DNA of 64,000 bases, taken from NCBI GenBank assembly GCA_012523185.1, contig JAAYIY010000067.1, positions 1,068 through 65,067 on the forward strand, in the 5' to 3' direction. The DNA is from Clostridiales bacterium (lineage in GTDB: Bacteria; Bacillota; Clostridia; Oscillospirales; Acutalibacteraceae). A model generated the notes under the pieces. That model had not been told where the DNA came from. It worked only from the letters and a program-made list of their open reading frames with translations, and did not search any database. Within the stretch, counting starts at the first letter, position 1, and every line of letters begins with the position of its first letter. A program made the translations under genes and the position numbers. Of this stretch, positions 28,477-37,518 are shown piece by piece.

Positions 28477-29631
28477 GTGGAGGAATTCGGCTACGTTGAG
28501 CCGATTATCTGGAATAAACGCACCGGCAATATCGTCGGCGGTCATCAGCGGTTCAAGGTGCTCAAACAGCTGGGTTTTGCGGAAATCGACTGCGTCGTTG
28601 TGGATATGGACGAGGCGCGGGAAAAGGCACTGAACATTGCGCTCAATAAAATTTCAGGCGATTGGGATACTGCGAAGCTGGCAGAAGTTTTCAGGGACAT
28701 CGAGCAATACGGCATCTCCCTTGATATTACAGGGTTTGAAGCCCCGGAGATCGATAAGTTGTTTCAGAAATTGAGCCGTGAGGACGGAAAAATTATCGAG
28801 GACGATTTTGATGCAGAAGCGGAAGCCGCACGGATTACCGAACCGCTTACACGGCAGGGAGATATATGGCTGCTGGGAAAACACCGCCTGATGTGCGGGG
28901 ATTCCACCGATATTGCCGACGTTGCAAAGCTGATGGATCACTCAAAGGCAAAGATGGTGTTTACCGACCCGCCTTGGAATGTAGACTACGGCGGCAGTAC
29001 ACACCCCTCTTGGAAAAATCGCCAGATTCTCAATGACAAAATGTCCGCAGAGGATTTTCATAAGTTTCTGCTTGCCGCGTTTAAGGCGATGGCTGGTGTT
29101 TCGGAGCCGGGAGCGATGACCTATGTGGTGATGTCGGCTCAGGAATGGGGATCGGTAATGACTGCTATGAAAGAAGCCGAGTATCACTGGAGCAGTACAA
29201 TTATCTGGGCGAAGGACTCACTTGTTCTCTCCCGGAAAGATTATCACACCCAATATGAGCCGATTTGGTACGGCTGGCTGGAGGGTGAAAAACGACTCTG
29301 CCCTTTGCAAGACCGACAGCAGAGCGACCTTTGGCAGATCGACCGCCCGAAAAAATCGGAGGATCACCCGACCATGAAGCCGATTTCGCTGGCGGCGCGG
29401 GCAATCAGCAACAGCAGCCATATCGGCGACACGGTTTTGGATTTATTCGGCGGTTCGGGAACTACCCTCTTGGCGGCGGAGCAAACCGAGCGCGTATGCC
29501 GCACGATGGAGCTTGATCCGAAATATGCGGATGTGATTGTAAAGCGTTTTATTGAATTCCTAAAAAGTGATGAAGGTGTGTTTCTTCAGCGGAAAGATGA
29601 AAAATTCATGTACTCCGAAATAGGTATTTAA
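28477..29631 (+). CDS. ParB-like nuclease domain fused to DNA N6/N4 methyltransferase (phage orphan MTase); start problematic
   Basis: ParB-like GGHQRFKVLKQLG. MTase motif IV FTDPPWNV and motif I LDLFGGSGTT. Conserved ParB N-terminal sequence (IPIEKLSPAKYNPRKD) continues upstream to 28378 with no canonical start codon. Confidence 0.75.
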   Translation: MEEFGYVEPIIWNKRTGNIVGGHQRFKVLKQLGFAEIDCVVVDMDEAREKALNIALNKISGDWDTAKLAEVFRDIEQYGISLDITGFEAPEIDKLFQKLSREDGKIIEDDFDAEAEAARITEPLTRQGDIWLLGKHRLMCGDSTDIADVAKLMDHSKAKMVFTDPPWNVDYGGSTHPSWKNRQILNDKMSAEDFHKFLLAAFKAMAGVSEPGAMTYVVMSAQEWGSVMTAMKEAEYHWSSTIIWAKDSLVLSRKDYHTQYEPIWYGWLEGEKRLCPLQDRQQSDLWQIDRPKKSEDHPTMKPISLAARAISNSSHIGDTVLDLFGGSGTTLLAAEQTERVCRTMELDPKYADVIVKRFIEFLKSDEGVFLQRKDEKFMYSEIGI

Positions 29632-29807
29632 TCTTCACCTTTTTTTGGGATTTTACCATGAGTTTCTTCAAACTCTGCGATAGACTTCTTTACCAGCGAC
29701 AACAGCAGCCAGTTTAAAGAACGGTCATCATATTTTGCTACATACTGGAATTGGCTAAGCAATTCAGAATCAATTCTCAATGAGAGATGTTTAATATCTT
29801 TTTTCAT
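29628..29807 (-). CDS. Ribbon-helix-helix (CopG/Arc-like) DNA-binding protein
   Basis: 59 aa. KHLSLRIDSELLSQFQYVAKYDDRSLNWLLLSLVKKSI fits a beta-strand/helix/helix pattern. ATG 29807 lies 5 nt after GGAGG. AT-rich. Confidence 0.7.
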   Translation of the reverse strand: MKKDIKHLSLRIDSELLSQFQYVAKYDDRSLNWLLLSLVKKSIAEFEETHGKIPKKGED

Positions 29808-29832
29808 ATTTACCTCCAATTTGAATTCGTTA

Positions 29833-29880
29833 TAGGTTCATTTTAAGTTCTTTTTGTGCTATGATGTTAAGATGAACCTA
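29833..29880. promoter_or_regulatory. 9-bp inverted repeat flanking an extended -10 promoter (candidate operator between the RHH and SLOG genes)
   Basis: TAGGTTCAT (29833-29841) and ATGAACCTA (29872-29880) bracket TGcTATGAT (29857-29865). Confidence 0.5.
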
Positions 29881-29916
29881 CTATGGGTTCTTAATATTTT
29901 TTGGAGGTACAAAGCT

Positions 29917-30255
29917 GTGAAAGTTGCAATAATAGGTTCACGGGGATTAAAAGTAGAGAATTTGGAAAGATATCTTCCTGTTGAAACCACTGAGATTGTG
30001 TCCGGAGGTGCGATAGGAATTGATACATGTGCGAGAGAATACGCTTTAGCGCATAGCATAAAATTGACGGAGTTTTTGCCGCAGTATAATACATACGGGC
30101 GGTCAGCACCCTTGAAACGAAATATCACAATTATAGAGTACAGCGATTTGGTGCTTGCATTCTGGGATGGCAAAAGCCGGGGAACTAGGTTTGTTATTGA
30201 CAACTGCAAAAAGCGCGGTATCCCTGTCCGAGTGTTTGTCCCCGAACAAAAATAA
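29917..30255 (+). CDS. SLOG-superfamily protein, DUF2493/YspA-like
   Basis: VAIIGSRG, SGGAIGIDTCA (the GGAxGxD motif), APLKRN and GKSRGT...GIPVRVF follow the DUF2493/DprA-like SLOG pattern. GTG 29917 lies 9 nt after GGAGG. Confidence 0.7.
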   Translation: MKVAIIGSRGLKVENLERYLPVETTEIVSGGAIGIDTCAREYALAHSIKLTEFLPQYNTYGRSAPLKRNITIIEYSDLVLAFWDGKSRGTRFVIDNCKKRGIPVRVFVPEQK

Positions 30256-30378
30256 CCGCGCTATTATAGATTTATGGTATCAGGATTGGGTAGTTTTATG
30301 ACTTGCTATTACAGCCGAAAAGAGTGATTAATGTAACTGCGGAAACGCACAAATCACTTTTTTCAGGAGGCATTTGCT

Positions 30379-31083
30379 ATGCAGGAATTCAATTTTAATG
30401 TAACAGGAACAGAGCGCAAAAAGCTGGTGGGCGCTATCAGTGGGATTTTGAACACGTCGACCAAGTACCTCGGCGCACCGACTTTTGCATACGAAATCGG
30501 CAATTACACCATCGACAAGAATGGCACGGTCACCGGCGAATACAACCAAACCCTTTTCACAGAACTCGCCACGCGAGGCTTTGAACCAGAGGCAGCAGTG
30601 ATCGCCGAACCCCAGTCAGACCGGCTTGCCATTGAAATACCGCTTGACGGTTTTACCCCGGACAGCATTGAAAATCTTTGTAAAATGGTCAAGGCGAAAG
30701 AAAATCTGCTGATGGCGGCGCTTGGCACGGATGACCTGCCCATTCAGGTTTTGGAGGACAGAATTTGCTTCCCATGGTTTCCTCTGACGGAGGATTCGGA
30801 GCGCACCAATGCCTACGCCCAGCTTATCGCCGTTCTTTGCACGACGGCAAAAGAGAAAAAACGCGTTACCGCCAAAGCACAGGACGGCTTTGAAAATGAG
30901 AAATTCGCCATGCGGGTGTGGCTTATCGGGCTTGGCTGCGTAGGTGCGGAGTACAAATATCTGCGCAAAATTATGGGTGAGTTTTTAGGCGGCAACAGCG
31001 CGTGGCGGCACGGCAAGCCGGAGAAAGAGATTTCGACAGAGGAAGCCTCTGCTGTTTGCAGAAGGCGAGGTGCAGGGCGATGA
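30379..31083 (+). CDS. Conserved mobile-element protein of unknown function
   Basis: 234-aa ORF with an RBS and coding-like composition. From memory, the C-terminal NEKFAMRVWLIGLG...YKYLRKIMGEFLGGNSAWR resembles proteins seen in Clostridia phages and conjugative elements. No function is inferable. Confidence 0.6.
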   Translation: MQEFNFNVTGTERKKLVGAISGILNTSTKYLGAPTFAYEIGNYTIDKNGTVTGEYNQTLFTELATRGFEPEAAVIAEPQSDRLAIEIPLDGFTPDSIENLCKMVKAKENLLMAALGTDDLPIQVLEDRICFPWFPLTEDSERTNAYAQLIAVLCTTAKEKKRVTAKAQDGFENEKFAMRVWLIGLGCVGAEYKYLRKIMGEFLGGNSAWRHGKPEKEISTEEASAVCRRRGAGR

Positions 31084-31484
31084 ATAGCTTTCCCTCCCAT
31101 TCCGAAGTGCTGCGCCTGCGGGCGCAATACCCGCCCGGTACGCGCGCCCTGTTGACCGCCCCGATGCAAGATCCCTACGCCAAGCAGAACGCCGGAGACC
31201 GGGCGACGGTGCGCGGCGTGGACGATGCCGGGCATATCCTGTGCCGGTGGGATGCGGGTTCAAGTTTGAATTTGATCCCGGGTGTCGACCAATTCAAAAT
31301 CGTCGGCGTGTTCACAGAAGAAATCAAATCGCAGATTTTGGAAATACGCGCCGAGGGGCAAACGAATATGTTTGACATTACGACCGTCCAGCAGTTTGCC
31401 TATGAAAAAGGCTTCTTTGCCTTAGTAAGTTTCATCGAGGACGACCCCACCGCATATATTCATTTTATCTTGCGCGGCGAATAG
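31080..31484 (+). CDS. DUF4314-like domain protein
   Basis: ATGA overlap with the upstream gene. YPPGTRALLTAPMQDPYA...GDRATVRGVDDAGHILCRWDAGSSLNLIPGVDQF fits the DUF4314 pattern as I recall it. Confidence 0.6.
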   Translation: MNSFPSHSEVLRLRAQYPPGTRALLTAPMQDPYAKQNAGDRATVRGVDDAGHILCRWDAGSSLNLIPGVDQFKIVGVFTEEIKSQILEIRAEGQTNMFDITTVQQFAYEKGFFALVSFIEDDPTAYIHFILRGE

Positions 31485-31606
31485 ACTCGAAAACAGCAAC
31501 AAAACACGATGGACAATTTCTATAAACCCATTTTCAGTCATATATTTGTGAGTGAGTCTGCCGGGAGTTCAGATGGACTCCCGGCTTTGCTGTCGGAGGT
31601 GACTAT

Positions 31607-33247
31607 GTGGAAGAATTACGCAGTCTAAAAAATTTCAAACCCTCCCGTTTCAAAGCGGAGGGCTCAATATATAAGTCTCGGTTCGCTGACTCGGCGGTGT
31701 TCTTTGTCAACAATCTGCGCCACACCAAGTGGCGCTGGTACGGCGAACCTTTCGATCTCATAGACTGGCAGGAGCAGATTATACGCGACCTGTTCGGCAT
31801 CGTGCGCCGCCATGACGAGTGCCGTCAATTCCGCACCGCCTATGTGGAAATTCCGAAAAAGCAGGGCAAGTCGGAGCTTGCGGCGGCGGTGGCGCTCTTG
31901 CTGACCTGTACGGACGCGGAACGCGGCGGGGAAATTTACGGCTGTGCGTCAGACCGCAGTCAGGCGAGCATCGTTTTCGATGTGGCGGTTCATATGATCG
32001 ACCAGTTTCCGGCTTTTAAGAAATTTATGAACCTCAACATCGCGCAGAAGCGCATGACCTTCACGCCCCTTGACAGTTTTTATCAGGTACTCTCTGCGGA
32101 TGCGTACACCAAGCATGGTTTGAACGCCCACGGCGTGATTTTTGATGAATTACACGCCCTGCCGGACAGACGGCTTTTCGACGTTATGACCAAGGGTTCG
32201 GGCGATGCCAGAGAACAGCCCCTGCATTTCATTATCACCACAGCCGGTGTGGACAGAAACTCCATCTGCTGGGAGATGCACTAAAAAGCCGAGGATGTTC
32301 TGCAAGGCAGGAAAATCGACCCGACCTTTTATCCTGTTATATACTCCGCTGCCGATGATGATGACTGGACTTCTGAGGATGTGTGGCGCAGAGTCAATCC
32401 CTCCCTCGGCATCACTGTCACGATGGAAACCATGCGGAACGCATATGAGGATGCCAAGCTGAATCCCGTCAACGAGAACATCTTTCGTCAGCTGCGCTTG
32501 AATCAATGGGTAAAGCAGTCGGTACGTTGGATGAACATGGAGAAATGGGACGGATGCGACTTTCAATTCGACACAAAATCCCTTGAAAACCGGGTGTGCT
32601 ACGGCGGCTTGGACTTATCCAGCACCACGGATATCACGGCGTTTGTGCTGGTGTTCCCGCCGGAGGATGAAGAGGATAAATATATTGTCCTTCCATTTTT
32701 CTGGATACCCGACGAGTGCCTTGAAACAAGGGTACGCCGCGACCATGTACCTTATGATATGTGGAAGGCGCAGGGCTTCCTCAATACCACCGAGGGCGAT
32801 GTAATCCATTACTCCTTCGTTGAGAAACACATTGAGGAACTCGGCAAAAAGTATAACATTAAAGAAATCGCCTTTGACCGCTGGGGCGCTTGGGAGATGA
32901 CTCAGAATCTTGAAAACGCTGGATTTACCGTCATCCCCTTCGGTCAGGGCTTTAAGGATATGAGTCCCGCGACCAAAGAACTCATGCGGCTGGTGTTGGA
33001 GCGTAAGATCGCCCACGCAGGAAACCCGCCTCTGCGCTGGATGGCAGACAATTTATATGTCAGCACCGACGCTGCTGGTAACATCAAGCCGAATAAGCAA
33101 AAAGCAACAGAGCGCATCGACGGCGCGGTCGCGCTGATTATGGCGCTCGACAGAGCCATTCGCGGTGAAAATCATGGTGCATATGACGAGCGCGGAATGC
33201 TCATCATCGATCCAAACCATCCGGATGGGTATTATTACAGCAAGTGA
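31607..33247 (+). pseudogene. Terminase large subunit (Terminase_1 type), interrupted by in-frame TAA at 32282-32284
   Basis: ORFs 31607-32284 and 32381-33247 share one frame, and conserved sequence continues right after the stop (KAEDVLQGRKIDPTFYPVIYSA...WRRVNPSLG). ATPase Walker A PKKQGKS and Walker B VIFDELH lie before the stop; the nuclease half lies after it. Confidence 0.8.
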
Positions 33248-33258
33248 GGGGGCTTGGC

Positions 33259-34500
33259 ATGGGTATATTTTCACGGTTCAAAAAAGAGAATCCTAAAAAC
33301 AGGCTCTCCACAAGCCGGAGTATATTCTGGGGCGGTTCAACCTCCGGCGCATATGTAAATGAAACCACTGCCATGCAAACGGCGGCGGTTTATTCCTGTG
33401 TAAGGGTGATTTCGGAGGCAGTCGCCTGTCTGCCCCTCCATGTATACCGTTATGAACAAAACGGCTCACGGATCACCCCGGAGCATCATCTGTATAACAT
33501 CCTGCACAACGCGCCGAACACTGAAATGACCAGTTTCGTGTTTCGGGAAACACTCATGAGCCATTTGCTTTTGTGGGGCAACGCCTACGCGCAGATCATC
33601 CGGGACGGCGGCGGTCGGGTGCGGGCGCTGTATCCGCTGCTTCCGAGCAAAATGGATGTCAGCCGGAACGAAAACGGACAGATTTATTACACCTACTGGC
33701 GTGATAAGAACGAGAGCCGCCCTCATGAGAAAAGCGGCGGCGTGGTACTTTCCAAAGAGGATGTCCTGCACATTCCGGGACTGAGTTATGACGGGCTGGT
33801 GGGATACTCGCCCATTGCCCTCGCCAGAAACGCGGTGGGTATGGCGATTGCTACCGAGGATTACGGAGCCAGCTTTTTTGCCAACGGGGCGAACCCCGGA
33901 GGTATTCTGGAGCATCCCGGTACGATTAAAAATCCGGGCGGCATCCGGGACTCATGGGAAGCGCTGTATAAAGGAGCGAAGAACTCCGGCAAGGTAGCTG
34001 TGCTGGAGGACGGACTCAAATTCCATCAAGTGAGTATCCCGCCCGAACAGGCGCAGTTTTTGGAAACGCGCAAGTTTCAGCTGAACGAAATCGCCCGGAT
34101 TTTCCGCATCTCGCCGCACATGATCGGCGATCTGGAAAAATCATCGTTCAGCAACATTGAACAGCAATCTTTGGAATTTGTAAAATACACCCTCGATCCT
34201 TGGGTAGTGCGCTGGGAGCAGTCCATGCATCAAGCCCTTATCCTGCCCTCCGAAAAAGATGCGGTGTTCCTCAAATTCAATCTGGACGGTTTGCTCCGGG
34301 GCGATTACGAAACCCGCATGAAGGGCTATGCCATCGGTATTCAGAACGGTTTTATGAGTCCCAACGATGTGCGGCGGCTTGAGAACTTCAATGAAATCCC
34401 CGATGAGGAGGGCGGCAACAACTACATGGTCAACGGCAACATGGTAAAACTTGCCGATGTCGGTGCGGCATACGGTAAAAACGGAGGTGATAAGAAATGA
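33259..34500 (+). CDS. Phage portal protein, HK97 family
   Basis: AVYSCVRVISEAVACLPLHVY and LLLWGNAY are typical of HK97-type portals. Located directly after TerL. ATG 33259 follows GAGGGGG. Confidence 0.88.
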   Translation: MGIFSRFKKENPKNRLSTSRSIFWGGSTSGAYVNETTAMQTAAVYSCVRVISEAVACLPLHVYRYEQNGSRITPEHHLYNILHNAPNTEMTSFVFRETLMSHLLLWGNAYAQIIRDGGGRVRALYPLLPSKMDVSRNENGQIYYTYWRDKNESRPHEKSGGVVLSKEDVLHIPGLSYDGLVGYSPIALARNAVGMAIATEDYGASFFANGANPGGILEHPGTIKNPGGIRDSWEALYKGAKNSGKVAVLEDGLKFHQVSIPPEQAQFLETRKFQLNEIARIFRISPHMIGDLEKSSFSNIEQQSLEFVKYTLDPWVVRWEQSMHQALILPSEKDAVFLKFNLDGLLRGDYETRMKGYAIGIQNGFMSPNDVRRLENFNEIPDEEGGNNYMVNGNMVKLADVGAAYGKNGGDKK

Positions 34501-36383
34501 GGAAATTCTGGAACTTTTCCCAGACGGACAGCGAGGGGCACACCCTGTTCCTCGACGGTGCAATCTCAGATGAAACATGGTGGGGCGATGAAATCACGCC
34601 GAAGCTGTTCCGGGATGAACTGGAATCCGGCAGCGGCGATATCACGGTCTGGATTAACTCGCCCGGCGGGGATGTGTTTGCCGCCGCGCAGATCTACAAT
34701 ATGCTCATGGAATACGCCGGGAAGGTCACCGTGAAAATCGACGGTATCGCCGCCTCCGCCGCTTCCGTGGTTGCCATGTCCGGCGATGCGGTGTATATGT
34801 CCCCGGTTGCCAATATGATGATCCATAATCCCGCCACCATTGCCATCGGCGACAGTGAGGAAATGCTCCGCGCCAAACGGATGCTGGATGAGGTCAAGGA
34901 ATCCATCATCAACGCATATGAAATCAAGACCAAACAGTCCCGCGATGCCCTGTCCGAAATGATGAACACGGAATTTTGGATGGACGCGAACAAGGCGGTG
35001 GAGCTGGGCTTTGCGAATGGCATTCTGTATGAGGATGCCGAGCCGAAAAAGAACCGAAAAGGACGCGAGGGTTATGCCTTTTCCCGCATGGCGGTGATGA
35101 ACTCCCTGCTGGAAAAATTCACGACTCACCCGCCGGAATCGCCGGGCGTCGTACCCTACGCTGTATTAAATACCCTTATTCAATCAATCAAAAAATGGGA
35201 GGATTTGATGACCATGAGCAAAATCATTGAACTGCGCGACAAAAGAGCCAAGGCATGGGAGGCAGCAAAAGCGTTTCTGGACAGCAAGCGCGGCGCGAAC
35301 GATATGCTGACCGCCGAGGATGCCTCCGCCTACGACAAAATGGAAGCGGAGGTTGTGGATTTAGGCAAAGAGATCGAACGGCTGGAGCGTGGGCAGGCAA
35401 TTGACCGGGAACTTGCCATGCCCACCTCACAGCCGCTGACAAACAGCCCCGGAAAGTCCGGCAAAGCCTCGGATGAGTACAAAACCGCATTCTGGAACGC
35501 CATGCGCGGTCGCAAGATTTCGGGCACCCTTCAGATCGGTGAGGATTCCGAGGGCGGTTATCTCGTCCCGGACGAATTTGAACGCACCCTCATCGAAGCG
35601 CTGGAGGAACAGAACATTTTCCGTCAGATTGCCCGCATCATTCAGACGAGCAGCGGCGAACGCAAAATCCCTGTGGTGGCTACCAAAGGTACTGCCAGCT
35701 GGGTGGATGAAGGCGGCGAAATCACCGACAGCGACGACAGCTTCACACAGGTAACTTTAGGTGCGTTCAAACTTGCCACTATGATGAAGGTCAGCGACGA
35801 GTTGATGAACGATTCCGCATTTGATCTTGAAAGCTATATTGCCCGCGAATTTGCCCGCCGTATCGGCGTAAAGGAAGAAGAAGCCTTCCTGACCGGCGAC
35901 GGCTCCGGCAAGCCCACCGGCATTCTCAAGGCGACCGGCGGCGCACAGGTAGGCGTGACAGCGGCATCCGATACCGCCATCACGATGGATGAAATGATCG
36001 ATTTGTACCACAGCCTGAAATCCCCCTACCGCAACAAAGCGGTGTTTATCACCGGCGATACCACAGTCAAAACGCTCCGCAAGCTGAAAGACGGACAGGG
36101 GCAATATCTCTGGCAGCCCTCCGTTCGGGAAGGAGCGCCGGATACCCTGCTCGGCAAACCGCTGTATACCTCCGCATTCATGCCCACGATTGCGGCAAGC
36201 GCCAAAACCGTCGCGTTCGGTGATTTTTCATACTACTGGATTGCCGACCGTCAGGGACGGATTTTCAAGCGCCTGAATGAACTGTTTGCCACCACCGGGC
36301 AGATCGGCTTTATCGCTACCCAGCGCGTGGATGAAAAACTGATTCTGCCGGAAGCCGTCAAGGTGCTTCAGCAGAAGGCATAG
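34497..36383 (+). CDS. ClpP-like prohead protease fused in frame to HK97-family major capsid protein
   Basis: N-terminal S14 motifs (INSPGGDV, IAASAASVVAMSGD, MIHNP). From codon 240 (ATG 35214, preceded by GGGAGGA) there is a typical MCP delta-domain start MSKIIELRDKRAKAWEAAK and an HK97 capsid body. Confidence 0.8.
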   Translation: MRKFWNFSQTDSEGHTLFLDGAISDETWWGDEITPKLFRDELESGSGDITVWINSPGGDVFAAAQIYNMLMEYAGKVTVKIDGIAASAASVVAMSGDAVYMSPVANMMIHNPATIAIGDSEEMLRAKRMLDEVKESIINAYEIKTKQSRDALSEMMNTEFWMDANKAVELGFANGILYEDAEPKKNRKGREGYAFSRMAVMNSLLEKFTTHPPESPGVVPYAVLNTLIQSIKKWEDLMTMSKIIELRDKRAKAWEAAKAFLDSKRGANDMLTAEDASAYDKMEAEVVDLGKEIERLERGQAIDRELAMPTSQPLTNSPGKSGKASDEYKTAFWNAMRGRKISGTLQIGEDSEGGYLVPDEFERTLIEALEEQNIFRQIARIIQTSSGERKIPVVATKGTASWVDEGGEITDSDDSFTQVTLGAFKLATMMKVSDELMNDSAFDLESYIAREFARRIGVKEEEAFLTGDGSGKPTGILKATGGAQVGVTAASDTAITMDEMIDLYHSLKSPYRNKAVFITGDTTVKTLRKLKDGQGQYLWQPSVREGAPDTLLGKPLYTSAFMPTIAASAKTVAFGDFSYYWIADRQGRIFKRLNELFATTGQIGFIATQRVDEKLILPEAVKVLQQKA

Positions 36384-36399
36384 GAGATGTGGCGGTAGT

Positions 36400-36738
36400 A
36401 TGAGTCTGCTTGAAAAAGTCAAAGAGAACCTGATTCTCACCCATAATGAGGATGACGCGCTGCTGGAACGCTTTCTGGCGGCGGCTACCGCCTATGCCGA
36501 GAGTTTTCAGCACCTGCCCGCAGGATACTACTCTGGAAGCGCCGCCGAAGGCGAATCGGGTGAAGCGTCACGCTTCCCGCCCACCACGGAACAGGCGGTT
36601 ATCATGTTGACTTCCCATTTTTACGAATCCCGCGACGGTTTGACCGGCGGCTTTTTCGCCGACAGCGTTCAAGCCGGGCAGCAAGTATGGAACACGGTGA
36701 ATATGCTCTTGCGGCTCGGCCGGGACTGGAAGGTGTGA
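36400..36738 (+). CDS. Head-tail connector (gp6-like / DNA packaging protein)
   Basis: LLEKVKENLILTHNEDDALLERFLAAATAYAE is the typical N-terminus of Phage_connect_1-type proteins. Located after the capsid gene. Confidence 0.75.
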   Translation: MSLLEKVKENLILTHNEDDALLERFLAAATAYAESFQHLPAGYYSGSAAEGESGEASRFPPTTEQAVIMLTSHFYESRDGLTGGFFADSVQAGQQVWNTVNMLLRLGRDWKV

Positions 36739-36740
36739 AC

Positions 36741-37076
36741 ATGAGTTTTGGAAAAATGAACACGCCCATCCAAATCATTCAGGTTACACAGGGCAAGGAT
36801 GCGGAGGGTTTTGCCGTTTCCACGGAAACTGTGCTGGCAAATGTCCGCGCCTACCGTGAGGAGCGCCACGGCAACGAACGATGGGCAAACCGCGCCGTGT
36901 GGTCTGCGGCAACCAGCCTCTTTCGTTTCCGGGTGATTCCCGGTATCAATGTCACTGCCTCCCTGCAGATCGGGTGCGGTGAGGAGCGCTTTCGGATTAC
37001 CAGCGTGGAAAATGTGCGCGGGCGCGGGATGTACCTTGAGGTACTGGCAGAGAAATTAGAACCGTCCGGGAATTGA
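36741..37076 (+). CDS. Head closure / head-tail adaptor protein (SPP1 gp16-like)
   Basis: Pattern IQIIQVTQGKDAEGF...NVRAYREERHGNERW...FRFRVIPGI...RFRITSVENV. Position in the connector module. Confidence 0.75.
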   Translation: MSFGKMNTPIQIIQVTQGKDAEGFAVSTETVLANVRAYREERHGNERWANRAVWSAATSLFRFRVIPGINVTASLQIGCGEERFRITSVENVRGRGMYLEVLAEKLEPSGN

Positions 37077-37086
37077 GGTGAACGAT

Positions 37087-37518
37087 ATGGCAAGAGCAGA
37101 ATTTAAGATGCCGGAGGACTTTTTGATGAAGGTTTCTCGGCTGGCAGATAAGGCTGATGAAATCCTGCCCCGTGTACTGGAGGCAGGAGGCGAGGTGGCA
37201 CTGGATGCGGTGTGTGATAATCTCAGCGCCGTGGTCGGCAGGAATACGCAGTACCCCTCCAGTTCCACCGGCGAACTGGAGCAATCCCTCGGACTTACTC
37301 CCGCCAAAATGGATAAGAACGGGAATTTCAATGTCAAGGTCGGCTTTTCCGAGCCGCGCTCTGACGGAGACAGCAATGCCAAAATCGCCAATATTCTGGA
37401 ATACGGCAAGCACGGTCAGCCGCCGAAGCCTTTTCTTAAGCCCGCCAAAACCGCCAGCCGGAAGCCAGCAATCGAGGCGATGAAGGCAAAGCTGGAGGAG
37501 GAAATCGAAAACCTATGA
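37087..37518 (+). CDS. HK97 gp10-family tail-connector protein
   Basis: C-terminal ANILEYGKHGQPPKPFLKPA is typical of the HK97 gp10 family. ATG 37087 follows GAGGTGA. Confidence 0.75.
   Translation: MARAEFKMPEDFLMKVSRLADKADEILPRVLEAGGEVALDAVCDNLSAVVGRNTQYPSSSTGELEQSLGLTPAKMDKNGNFNVKVGFSEPRSDGDSNAKIANILEYGKHGQPPKPFLKPAKTASRKPAIEAMKAKLEEEIENL

Noticed and set aside
26231-32284. Stop-codon recoding (alternative genetic code) in the prophage, as an explanation for the in-frame TAG and TAA codons.
   Set aside because: All three stop codons also terminate neighbouring phage genes at sensible positions. TGA ends the polymerase, TerS, TerL and portal genes. TAA ends the HNH and ParB-MTase genes. 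TAG ends the capsid gene at 36381-36383. Two different stop codons are involved, and no suppressor tRNA is encoded. Nonsense decay is the simpler reading.
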